Shown: in pieces, positions 1 through 12,788 of the stretch
Numbering within the stretch: position 1 is the first letter of the stretch
How the letters are laid out: each line of letters begins with the position of its first letter
Assembly (NCBI GenBank): GCA_903813345.2
Contig: CAIIXF020000001.1
Coordinates: 28,272,001-28,336,000, forward strand
Direction: 5' to 3'
DNA from: Owenia fusiformis
Taxonomy: Eukaryota
Length of the DNA: 64,000 nucleotides
Position numbers and translations under genes: made by a program
The notes under the pieces: generated by a model
Told to the model about the DNA's origin: nothing
Seen by the model: only the letters and a program-made list of their open reading frames with translations
Database searches by the model: none

Positions 1-1668
1 ATTTCCATTTGACATGCAAGTAAGACATATCCTATCATACCATGTCCTTTATTTGTATTCTTGCTAGATCTCTGCTTTAGCATACTTCATGATAGTTATC
101 TGCATGTGAAACAACTTGATGTGTTCCCTGCTGACATCGATGTAGTGCCCCAGTGGGTCAGGATCTACCTAATTGTTCCACATGCAAACCACTAGCCATT
201 AATTTGAAGTACCCTACCCTAAGATTCTTCAAATTGACAGCTATTTTTCCTCTGATATATACAACAGAGTAACAGCATTGGAATTATGTATTGAAATAGG
301 TATTTTTTGATATTGTAAACAAGCTCTTTATTTTTATTTTGTGTCGTTGTCATTGAGATTAAAATGATTGGACATTTTAATTGTAGTTTATTACACAAGA
401 GACCAGTTTTCTAACCAATCAGCATTGTTCGTATCTACCATTGGAAAATCTCTTAGAATCAAACGTTTGAATGATGGAGTAGAAATTCACGCCTGTGTTG
501 CATATAGTCTGAGACCCTCATTACGTATAATACTATTATGTTCTGGTGCTTTGTCAACCAGTATTGGATTCAAGGGTCCACTGGGGTTTGGATTAGAAAG
601 TCAAAGCATTGGACCACTATGACTATTCGTTATTTTGTGAAGATGTTATATTAACAGAATATACTTTTTGCTGTTAGGACATCTTGGAACATTAAAGGGA
701 ATAGTAAAATATGGTTAAATAGGTATTCTGTTACATTTTAACTGACCAGTTCTTTGGTCCTACTAAGCCGTTTATAATACTAAGAACAGTTAATTGGCAC
801 ATGTTCTCTCAGTTTGAAACATTTTGTTAATTCCTTGATGTAAAAATGTTGAAGTTAGATATATGGCATGAAATGGGACGACACATCCACAGCTTCTTAT
901 CTTAATGAAAATGTTCTGTTTCAAGACACCTTTCCTTCATGTATTTATACCATGCCTCTTGTTGAAGTACAAGTCGGGAGGTCATAAGTATACCATAGAA
1001 ATCTATTTTAAAACCTATTATTTGTTGATCATGGAATTATCTTGAGGCCAAATATGGATTATAATGTCTGTTATCTGAATATTGAGATTGATTATCTTGT
1101 CTTGTATAATATTGTGCTGACTAACCCCAAAACAGTTTGAATGGAGTGATAGTGTAAAAAGAGTATGCGGGACTAATGTGTTTAGTAGACAGTCACACAG
1201 TGTTGTGATTTGTCCTTCTCATCATATTAACCTTTAAGCCTGTGGATTGTTTGATTTTTGTCAAGCTAATTGAACCATTTGTCATTGTATTTGCCTAACA
1301 ACTAGAAAGATTTTGGCATTATTTTACTAAATATGCTCATTTATCTTCCAAAGTATCACTTCCTGAAATGTGCTTAGAATTTATTCCAATCAGCTAGTCG
1401 TCATTTTGTGGCTATTCTATACTAGAAGCCTTAATATTAATATTGTTGTCTTTTATACGGCCTCTGTATTTTGCCACTCTCTTTTAGTGTTGCCTCAATA
1501 TTTTGTGTTGTCTTTTGAATAGCCTCTCTATTCGTCTTATTTTACCGCCGGGATTTTACCTCAACATTTTTTATTGTCATAATGTCTTATTAGGACTTAG
1601 GTTCTAGAACAAATTTCCAAATTGGCTGCTAAATTCAAAATGGGACTATACTTCTGACTATTGCTTGG

Positions 1669-1815
1669 TTATTATACCACTGATGAAGTTCGGGGGGATA
1701 TTGAAAAGCTGTCCTTTGGTTCGTTTGTCTCATATACCAATCAAAGGATTTGATTCAAATTTTGTAGGCTTATGCCTTATTGGTTTAGGACCTTTGCTCG
1801 CGAAGGGATTTTCAT
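1669..1815 (+). mobile_element. Degenerate 5' fragment of the same HINE family
   Basis: ttattataccactgatgaagttcggggggatattgaaaagc... followed by gatttgattcaaattttgtaggcttatgccttattggtttaggacctttgctcg resembles the reverse complement of 44200-44390. Confidence 0.65.
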
Positions 1816-2946
1816 ACACTATATTGCAGTTTAGCAGCCCCACCCCCAAGACAGCCTGGGTAATAAATCATTTCAGACCTACTAACGCTACAGTGCTGAC
1901 CTTTTCTGACCAATATTTATATATATTTCTGACCTGACCAATATTCTTGAACCAGCAAAGTGGACGGAACATATGCTAAAGGCATGCTCAGTGAGTTCAG
2001 AGATATATTATAAACTTAAAGAGTGAAGACAAAGCTCTCTTTTAAGAATTGAAGTAAAAAAATGCGAAGGGTAATGTTTACTGCTTGATAGTTGTATATC
2101 CCCTTTACAGACTGTGCTATACAAAAACAAGCGTTGCGGATATTAACGGCCATTTTTGATTTGAATTTTTGATATTTCATAAACTAAGGCATGTGGATAC
2201 TCAATTATAGTCATCCATTTGAAGAGGATACCTCATAAAAGGGAAATGTTGTCTATAGTTGTATTTTTTATTCTTTAACGACGGACTGAGCATTCATTCT
2301 TTCCCCATCAAAGAATTTGAAATTGCTGCTTTATTACAGAGTTAACAGCCTTCATTTGGTATTGGTGTTCGAGATGACCATTCAACATAAATTATTTTTG
2401 CATTTTGAGAGTCATAAACTTTCTATGTGAATTTTAAAAAATTGAAAACATTATGGAATATGTGCTACCTCTAAACAAGCGGTGCGGATATCGTCACAAT
2501 GGATATCTGCAGATATCCACACCGCTTGTTTAGAGGAAGAACATTTTTGTTTGATGTTTACCATTTAGTATAAAATCACACAGAAACCTTTCAACTATCA
2601 AAATGCAAATATGATATTTGTATTGATAGGTCATCCGGATCACCAATATTGAATGAATGCTGTTTATGCTGTGAATCAGCTGCAATTTCAAATTATTTGC
2701 TTCAGAGAGAGTATTATTGCTTGATGTGACACTATAGAATGAACTACACACCTACTTATACAATTTCCTTTTTATAAGGAACCTGTACACATGTATGAAT
2801 ATAATTGAGTACCCAACATGCCTTAGTTGGTGAAATATCACGAAATCCGCACCGCGGCTTACCACACCGATTTTTTTCGTATAGATAGAGTATATATGCA
2901 TTGTCACATTTAAAAAGGCATGTTTTATGATTCAAAGAAATAATAA

Positions 2947-3483
2947 CACTGGCGATCCACTCGATTACGCTGGTTACCAAAACGGTTCGTTTTGGTAACA
3001 AGATGTCGGAACATCCTGAAGGTACGATTTTTCTCGTGTCCTTATTTTACACTTTGTAGGCAGAATTCCCACGACATTTTTTACACAAACGTGTATCAGT
3101 ATCATATGTTTAAGGAAGTGTACATATTTGCGAACAAATAGTTCAGAAGACAACAGAATCGTCGATTTACTTCCTCACTTAAGTTACATAAACGGTTTGG
3201 GTTAAAAGTGCAGATCTTAACTGTTTTTCGAAAAACCGTTTATGTAACTTAAGTGAGGAAGTAAATCGACGATTCTGTTGTCCTCTGAGCTATTTTTTTC
3301 GCAAACATATACATTTTCTAAAACATATGATACTGATGCACGTTGTGAGAAAACACGTCGTGGGGATTCTGCCTGAAACGCGTGAAATAAGGAAAAAAGA
3401 AAAATTGTGCCTTCGACGTTCCGACATTTTGTTACCAAAATGGTTCGTTTTGGTAACCAGCGTAATCGAGTGGATTATCAGTG
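2947..3483. mobile_element. Foldback-type MITE: ~250-bp inverted arms, 34-bp spacer, CACTG...CAGTG ends
   Basis: Arm 2947-3198 is an imperfect reverse complement of 3233-3483 (e.g. CCACTCGATTACGCTGGTTACC / GGTAACCAGCGTAATCGAGTGG); AATAA flanks both ends (2942-2946, 3484-3488). Confidence 0.88.
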
Positions 3484-3539
3484 AATAAGGAAAATTTCTG
3501 ATCTATTCTGTTGAAAGTCTGTGCTATTGACAAACAGAT

Positions 3540-5690
3540 TGATTTCAGAAAGGTAGTTGATAGATAGCTTCCATTAAAATCTTACCATCATGACATCAAA
3601 ATATTGTCACGTTATTTTGTCCCTGAATTTAATATTGTACTCTCCTCTGCAAAAATGATTTGTTTCAAAATTTTAAGCTATATTCCAGCAAACTATTAAC
3701 CCAGGGCTGATTTTATTGATTGACCAAATTAAGACTTGAACCTAAAAATTATTATTCTAAATATAATCATAATAAGCTACTAAAATGGTTTAGTTTTTTA
3801 TTCAGAACGTCAAATGTTACACATTAGGTTACAGTTTACAATAAATCTCTACTTTTGAAGGGTCTTATTTTATTAAGGCTCACACTTTTGTCAACAAAGC
3901 AACTGTCCCACCCCACCTTTTAACCTGGTGGGTGCACTGTATACAAATCCTGGTGGGGTTCCCAAAACATATCTATATGTTCCTATACCAATCTCTCAAA
4001 TTTTAATGTGTTCACATACCAACCAAAATAAAGACCAACAGCCATACCAAATGTCCGAATATAGGACCAATGCCATACCAAATGTCAATATATATGTTGG
4101 ATGATTTGTTTCAAATTCTGAAGCTATATTCCAGCAGAGCAATAACTCAGAGTTGAAATGTCAAGTGTGTGAGACATCATTTTTAATCTGTAGAGTCATG
4201 TTGTCACCTTGACTACCATTCAATGATTGACCTTGGGTGGTTAATTGGTTATATAATGCATTTATACAAAATAGTGTTCAGATTTGTTGGAATCAGACAC
4301 ACCTTGCCTACTTATGTGTGAATTTTCAATGATTCACTTCCCTTATAATAAATGTATCTAAAATCAACATATCAAAACTCATGTGTTATCATTTTAAACA
4401 TCTACTTATTGCAGAAATAATTTATTTCAAATTCTGAAGCTATATTCCAGCAGAGCAACAACCCAGAGTTGATCTTATTGATTAATCTATTTAGACTTAA
4501 AGCCTAAAAAATATTATGTTTAATATAATCATTATGGTTTACAAAAGTAGTTTTAAGTTGTTGTTTTTAGAATGTTAAATGCTGTGTATTGAGTAAAAGT
4601 TCTCTTAAAATTTCGACTTTTGGAAGGGTTTTAATGAAACCTTTACAAAGAAAGCTAAAATTAGTTCAGTGATTTATCTCCCTCACAACCAAGATTTCCA
4701 TGTTTTATTCCTCTCACACTGGCGAGGTTCCATGGTTTATCCTGTGGTACACATACCTACCCAAATCATTTAGAGTGAACCCCCACCCCCCCATTTAGTC
4801 TCCATTGACGCAATGCTAAAATTCTTTAAAACCTTGGTTTATTTTCATGTTTAATCACAATATTTACTTTGACAGGGTCATCCAATAGTATGCCACTCAG
4901 TATCAAAACATATACTCTCTGCAGAGATGATTTATTTCAAATTCTGAAGCTATATTCCGGCCCAGGCCCAACCAGCCAGTCAGCCAGCTTTTGCCAAGGG
5001 GGTACACTTTTCAAAAAGATTCAGGGGGGGGGGGTTCATTTTGACAATATGGAGTATTCTTAGTATTTTCAATCAATTATAACCATTAGAAGGGAGAATT
5101 GTAACTTTTAAATTATTTAATTCATTATGATATTTTTAAAATCAACATATCATTACTCACACTTTATAATTTTAAAACCTACTCTCTGAAGAGATTTTTT
5201 TGTTTCAAATTTTGGAGTTATATTCCAGCAAAACAATAACCCAGAGTTGATCATATTGGTAAATGAATTAAAGACTTAACCCTAAAAAATATTATATTAA
5301 TACAATTATTATAGTTTAGAAAAGTGATTTAGTGTTATTTAGAATTTCAAATGTTTTCTTCATATTCATTCAGTTTATCAATAAATATCTACTTTTGGAG
5401 GGTCTTATTAAGGCCCATGCTTTTTGTAAACATATAATCTGTCCCACGCATACTATACAAATTCTTGGTGATCAGGAGCTGGATACGGCATTTACTTCTA
5501 ATAGATTACTATCTCGGATCTCAACTCATTGTATGTGGAAAAAAACAGAATATGTTAGAAACTCTATAGTATTTTGAATCGATTAATAACCATCAGAATT
5601 GATATTAGTGACACTTCAATGATTTGCTTCCATTAAAATGCATTTAAAATCAACACATCAAATGTCTTGTCTTGACATAATTTAAACATC
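3540..5690 (+). repeat. Old degenerate tandem duplication block
   Basis: Variants of tttcaaattctgaagctatattccagca recur at ~3663, 4108, 4425, 4935 and 5203; alternate copies are roughly 760-830 bp apart. Confidence 0.7.
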
Positions 5691-8600
5691 GCCCTATGAG
5701 GATAAAAATGTCCTAACTCACATTTTTGTGAAACTGAGAAATCAATTTTTGAAAGTTTAGGCATTTGTAACTTCAATACTATATATCTGTCATTTGTGAA
5801 ATTTTTACATTTTTTTTATCAAAAATTTGTGTATATACTCTAAAGAATCCATGAATTTTAAGATTTTCTAAGCCAATTTTTGAGCATATTAAAAATGGAG
5901 ATAGGACAATTCAATTCCGAGTTTTTCGTAACATCAAACAATTAAAGCTGAGCTATGTCTATTTTGCTATGTATTTTCAATGGACACGAATTTCTCTATT
6001 CATTTTTTCAAAAATAAATTCAAATCTCAGTTTAAAATTGTAATATACTAATTCTTAGTCACATGGTGTAATTCAAACAATTTGATTGGTTAAAATGGTA
6101 CATAGGACAATGTTTGTATTTTTGAATTTTTATGGAGTTAGGACAATCTGAAAAGCAGGCTATTGAGAGGAGATAAAGGTAAGGGAATATCACAGTTTGA
6201 AAGATGATGATTTCAATAGTGGAAATCAGTGAAAATCTCAATTTTTTCAAAAATGGCACTTGGCACTTATTATTCTCATACGACAACATGTACTTTTATT
6301 GTGTAACATAATTTAAACATGCACTCTTATTGTGTAACCAATTCAGACTTAACCTTAAATATTATATTTAGCATAACCATTATCAGTTAATGAAGTGGTT
6401 CAGTCTTTTATTTAATTTAGTTCTATAGAGAATTCTCGCTTATTGAGCTCAATCTCATCTACACCTATATCTACACTGATAATCTGCAAAAGCCTAATAA
6501 GCCCATTAGAAGCAGATATATGGTATAACGGTGATAGAATTTGAATTTGAATTTTCCAAATCTCGCGAAAAGCACGAAATATAGTAGCGTGCGAAAATTA
6601 CCGGGAGTAAAGTATGTGTCATTAATAACCATGCCAACTTTATATTAGATCATTAATAATCTTGTTGGCTGTATGAAAATGTAAAAATGATATATATCTA
6701 TTATCTACATATTGCATTTTGAGGTGATCTGCAGATTTAAAGTCAGAGAAGATTTAATTCAAAATATGTTTTTCATAACCAACACTGCAGGTTTTCAGAT
6801 TTTTGATTCCCCAAATACTGGTGATCTCGATTGATATAATTTTTATGTAGGATCTCAAATGATATAATTTTTATAAAGGGTCATGTCTTGTGACAATAAG
6901 ACTTCTGTTTAAACAAAGAATTACCAATGGCTACTTAATTCAAAATGGCCACCTCTTTTTGATAAAAACTAATAGCTCAAATATCTGTTGTCACCAGTTG
7001 TAGGGGTGTGAATGTTTTCCAAGAGACTAATTGTTCCTTATACTATATTACCAGTATAAAAAATGTGATCTCAAATAAACCTAGACTTTAGAGTCTTCAG
7101 GTCTTTTATAAAATAAGATGCCCTACATCAAAACACTTGAATAATACAAGGCACATTGCTGTTATGTATAATTCCACCTTTAAACTCTTTGTTCAACATT
7201 TTGTTTAAGGAGACATTGACATTTGCATCCAAACAGGGATCGCCAGAACCTTAGTTTTGAGGCCACATCTAGGAAATGGAATAATCTGATAGCTGTCTAT
7301 ACATGCTATACTGTACAATAAGCAGGATGCAGTTTAGAATAAGAAAAAGAATGGATAATTTTGAGATATTGAGAACTTGATATTCTTCCTATCATCACAC
7401 AAACTCAGGAAATAAATGAATATCTATTATTATGTTAATTGGTGTTATTGTTACCTAAAAGCTTCTCTTTAAGTCTGCTGGGATAAAATACATGAAGTAT
7501 TTCTCAGTGAAAGGACATTTATTCAAGATGGACTATGCTACATATATATGAACACATATACAGTAAAACTAGTCTAAGTGGAACACCTTTTGTACCTCTA
7601 CAAATGTTCTACTTGGGAGGTGCTCCGTTTAACATTCAGTCATTTGGTCTTGGGATTCTGAAAAGTATTCTACTAACGGAGGTGTTCCACTTGTAGAGGT
7701 GTTCCACTTAACAGGTTTCATCTGCACTGTGTTTTTAAGATGATCCTGATATTATGAGCAGTGATCAGTGATCTTACTGGAGCATTTAATGTTTTTTATA
7801 TTGTTCCAGTTGAACTGCATAAAAATTCCTAACCCACATATCCGATTTCTTGTACTTCCATATTTGGAATGTCCATATAAGGGAGGTTGGAGATATACAT
7901 AATTTAATTTCATAGTGACCCAAAACGTAAAAAATAAAATTCGTTGAGGTTATCCTTTTCAATACTTCTATGTTATTTGCATTTAAGACCATTAAGATTG
8001 CATCATCAGCAAAACGTAAGATCATCTGTAATTGGTAAAGTCTGTTTAATGATTCTGATTCTGCACTGTAGAGGTTGGATATAAAATAAGTTGAATTTTT
8101 TTCTTTATGATCCAATACTAAATTCTTCATGGAATAACTCATTTGAAGTCTTATTAGGCTCATCTACATAATCATTAAAAAATGTCATAATGCTTATAGT
8201 ATATTCGTTGAATAATCACCCCAGTTTTCTAATATAATCTAACACCAAATTGTGATTTATGAATCACAAAAAGTGCTGAAATTAATTGAAATATGATATC
8301 TACCAGAAAATTTGAATAATCACTATAAAATCACAGACTTAATTGACTAATATATAAAATCAGAAAACTGCTACAAAAAATATACTATTTTGATATCACA
8401 TATTTGATTTGACCTGAAATAACCATTCTATTGTTACAATTATTTTGGGAGACAAAGGTTACTAATAAGAATCTCCTCGTACGATTCAACAAAATGTAGA
8501 ACATATGAAATGAGTGTAATATTGATTGAATAATGATTTAAGGTTACCATATGCATATAAAATGATTTGGATGAAAAATGTATTTTTGGACACACAGCAG

Positions 8601-11600
8601 ATTATTTTTGAATATGAATTTGAAATAACTATAGGGTCTATAGTAGTTGTAATTATAAAGTAAAACATAACAGTCACATTCATTGTCATAACACATCAGC
8701 CAGGAATCAACTGTAGCATGAGCATGATAACTATGCGTACAAGAATTAATATGTCATAATTTCTACTTCAATGAAGAAGACTGGGTATCTTTGATTTTCT
8801 TTAGAATTTAAAGAATTAAAACTTAAATTGCTATCTCCGGCGTTGTTGCTTTAAACAGTTTGCATGGATAGAATCATGATGATCATTTTTGTATTGATAG
8901 CTGTGATATGCAACCATAGTCTGGAATAAATTGCTCTTTGCTTGTATGAATGCCCTTAATTTCCTTACAGGGCTAAGAGTCAAAGCATCTCTATTAAATA
9001 GCCTCCAGTCAAGCAAAAATGTTATATTACGATCATGTATATTACTGATGACTCATATACTACCCATTTAGTGGCACAGTTAGATCATGGGTTAGGATCA
9101 AAACATTGGTTCACTATGGCAAAGCATGCTATTTTCATAAAAAAGAATGTTAAGAAAACTTCACAATTTATTTTTAATCCATGTTGATATAGCCTGGACT
9201 CATTTAGGCCCAAAATGAATGGCAGTGAGCATTGTGACCTATTTAGGGAAACTGTATACCTCATCAGTAGCAGTTAACAGTACCTTAAAAGCAGTCAACA
9301 GTATATTATAGCAGACAAGTCAATATTATTAAATTTTAATGAGCCAGTCAAAATTGAGTATTAAAACTTAAGAATTAACAAAAGGTGTGTACTTTTACTT
9401 TTATTTCTTGAATCTTAAGGCAAAGTGTGAATCATTAGATATTCTTCAGACACCATCTTCCAAATTTGACCCAGTTGATTAGGAATGTTTTCATTAATTA
9501 GATTTCCACCCAATAATTCAAGCTTCCTATATTATAGTAATTACATTATAGACACTAATCACCCCTCAAAACAATTGTCCTTCCCCCGTGGTGAATTAAA
9601 CCACTCTGCCATTCGATCGAGCTACTGGCATCTGCGGTTTGAAGAATTTCTATGTAACCACATTACATTGTGAAATCCCATTGTGATGTAGTCAGTGAAA
9701 CAAAATGAAAAATCAAAGGTTTCCTTTGTAAACACAGTAGATGTATACTTATGTATGATTCCATATTACATGTACCTTGCTTCAAAGTCCGTCCAGTGGG
9801 ACTACTTTCAAACAACCGATCTATATGTGAAGTTAACTAGCTATTATTACTCATTCTACGGAATTGTTATTCAGATCTCGAAATTTCTCCCTCTAGGTTT
9901 CACAGAAAAACATTATGATATTAGAATCGAGAATTATGTAATTTATAATATAAAATGACTGATCCCCTTTTATAAATAGGCTGAATCAAAAATTGAAAGA
10001 GTGAATATGAAGGTGAGATATTGGAAAGGGTATTATATAGTAAAACCAGTCTTATTGAACACCTCTCTCAAGTGAACACTTGTGTCTAGTGAATTCTTTT
10101 CAGTACATACTCCACTGACTTCTGTATAAGATTGCCTCTCTGTAGTGAACACCTATCTGTATCATAGGTGTTCACTGTACATAGGATTTACTGTCCCATC
10201 AGTTTAGGACCTTTAGGATGAGTTGATGTCATTAACATTCATTATGTTTTTCAATTAATAGTCCTTTATGGCCCAAACCGAATAATGTAGGTAATGAATT
10301 TCAATTTGTCTCATAGAAATTCTGTATGTTTAGGTGCTATTATTCAATATAGAACAATGCATTAGTATTTATGGACTTCCTTTATGGTGATTTATGTGTG
10401 GTAAGTAGTTTGATATTTTGGTTTGAAGATTGAAGTAATTTCCCTATCTTGGCTGTAGATGTTGCTTTTGTCCCTGGACCCATGTCATTAATCTTAGTAG
10501 TTTCAAAGATAAGTGCTTCAACTCATGGCGGGGGAATTCCATTCAATTTAGTGCTTGTTCAACTCCAGTGACATTACAATAAGATTTAAATTGAATCTTG
10601 TTCACCAGAAAGAACCCTTGAGTTATTGGCATGGGTTTTAACTGTACAGAAGGGCCTTCGGAAGACTTGATTTAATCAGTACCCCTTTTGGAATATGCTG
10701 ACTGCAGGTCTAAATGATTTGGCTTGATGACATGAAATGAGTTGAAGGAAAATTCCTTGAATGGTGCTGGCACCTTTTGAGTTGGTTACAATTTTAAAAC
10801 AATGACAAAACCAAAGGAAAATTATTTGGATATAAAGATACATGATTTAAGCGCTTCATCATTTGGCTACAAATCACATCTAAACTACGGATTTTTCATT
10901 TTTATGTCACCACCATTGCTGACATATTGTTATTGTCTCTAACTTTTTTGTGGACAGTGTTCAGCGGTCACCATCTGTAACAAATGGTAGGTGGTGACAT
11001 TTTGCATGATAATTCCTTGTTATTCATTTATTTTTATTTCAAAATCGGTTTCTGATTTCAAAGCGTCTCTAGCCTTTTATTTGTTGCATCATTAAGGTAC
11101 AGTAAGTAGTTATTCGCCATATAAGATTGATAGATTCAGTAAGCTACTTAATTTAAAAATAGACCTTTTAGAAATAAAGCATACATTTTGACTTAGCTTC
11201 ATACACAAAAAAATCCTCAAGATATTCCAACCTTAGGTTGTGTTTAGAGCTTATAAAAAAGTATATTAAACAATTTCCTTTTTTTTACTAAGATTTGAAT
11301 AGACTAAATGCATCAAGTACTTGTGGAAACACTTTTTAAATGGTATAACAAGGAAATCCTCACTCCATAATTTCTAGACTGAACTGTTCACTATCGCAAA
11401 TGGCATTCTCCATAAATGGGCAAAAAGGCGGAGTTTACACTTAACAATCCAGGAATTTACACTCTCCCTAAATGGCCATGCCAAAAGGCGGAGGTAACCT
11501 ATATGGACAAAGGATTTTCGAGATTCTTCAAGAAAAATCACATGAATTAAGGCCGTTGCTTGGTTTTGCTCGGTTGCTCTGAGCAACTCGCAAGACTTCA

Positions 11601-12308
11601 CCTTTTTACCCACTCAGAAGTTTCAATTTTGAGTGATATTGCAATATGCTTACTAATTCTTAAGCCTCAGAAGTTATTTTTATGTATATGTTAAATATCA
11701 AAATCAAAAAGGTTAGGTAGAAATTGATTCTCTAAATCTATTTAATTATTCAAGCTAAGGAGATTGTCTCTCTGTCGTGTTATCTGACCCGGTTTAGCCC
11801 CTTGTGGTGGAACTGATAATACCTAGAGACATCTATTGGCAAATAATGTCCTGAGCTGTTTTGAGTAGATTTCCAAACACACACACCATGAGAACTTCAG
11901 TTAATATTTATACCATTCTGAAGGTATTATTTTATTTATTTATTTATTTTATTTATTCACTTAAGCGCTATGCACCTTAATCAGGCTCATGAGGCACTAT
12001 ACATAATTACAAATAAATTTTAGTACAGTGTGTTGTTTATGCAATTTTTTTGTCGTTTTTCAAGAGCTGACATTATAAATTAAATAAAGTTATGTATGAT
12101 GCTTTCGAAGAAATTATTATAGGACAGTCCTTGTCATATTGTCTGCTTTGATTAAATTATATCTTGAACATCGAGGAAGTCACTTCTTCATCCTTGGTTA
12201 TAGTCGGAGGTTACAGTAGGCACAGATATGCTAACCAGATATAGCAGCTACCCAATTATATATTCTTAGCACAGGATGCTTCTAAATGCTATTTTGCAGT
12301 TTATATTC

Positions 12309-12788
12309 ATTACTCACACTTATTCTATCAATATGACAGTAAAGGACAGAGTGTGTGAAATATTACTCACACTTATTCTATCAATATGACAGTAAAGGAC
12401 AGAGTGTGTGAAATATTTCTCACACTTATTCTATCAATATGACAGTAAAGGACAGAGTGTGTGAAATATTACTCACACTTATTCTATCAATATGACAGTA
12501 AAGGACAGAGTGTGTGAAATATTACTCACACTTATTCTATCAATATGACAGTAAAGGACAGAACGTGTGAAATATTACTCACACTTATTCTATCAATATG
12601 ACAGTAAAGGACAGAGTGTGTGAAATATTACTCACACTTATTCTATCAATATGACAGTAAAGGACAGAGTGTGTGAAATATTATTCACACTTATTCTATC
12701 AATATGACAGTAAAGGACAGAGTGTGTGAAATATTACTCACACTTATTCTATCAATATGACAGTAAAGGACAGAACGTGTGAAATATT
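12309..12788. repeat. 53-bp minisatellite, ~9 near-identical copies
   Basis: Unit TATTACTCACACTTATTCTATCAATATGACAGTAAAGGACAGAGTGTGTGAAA. Confidence 0.97.

Noticed and set aside
368-622. 84-aa ORF as a possible exon
   Set aside because: No recognisable domain and no convincing splice sites.
12309-12788. CRISPR-like array
   Set aside because: Units are contiguous and near-identical with no unique spacers, there are no cas genes, and the context is eukaryotic.
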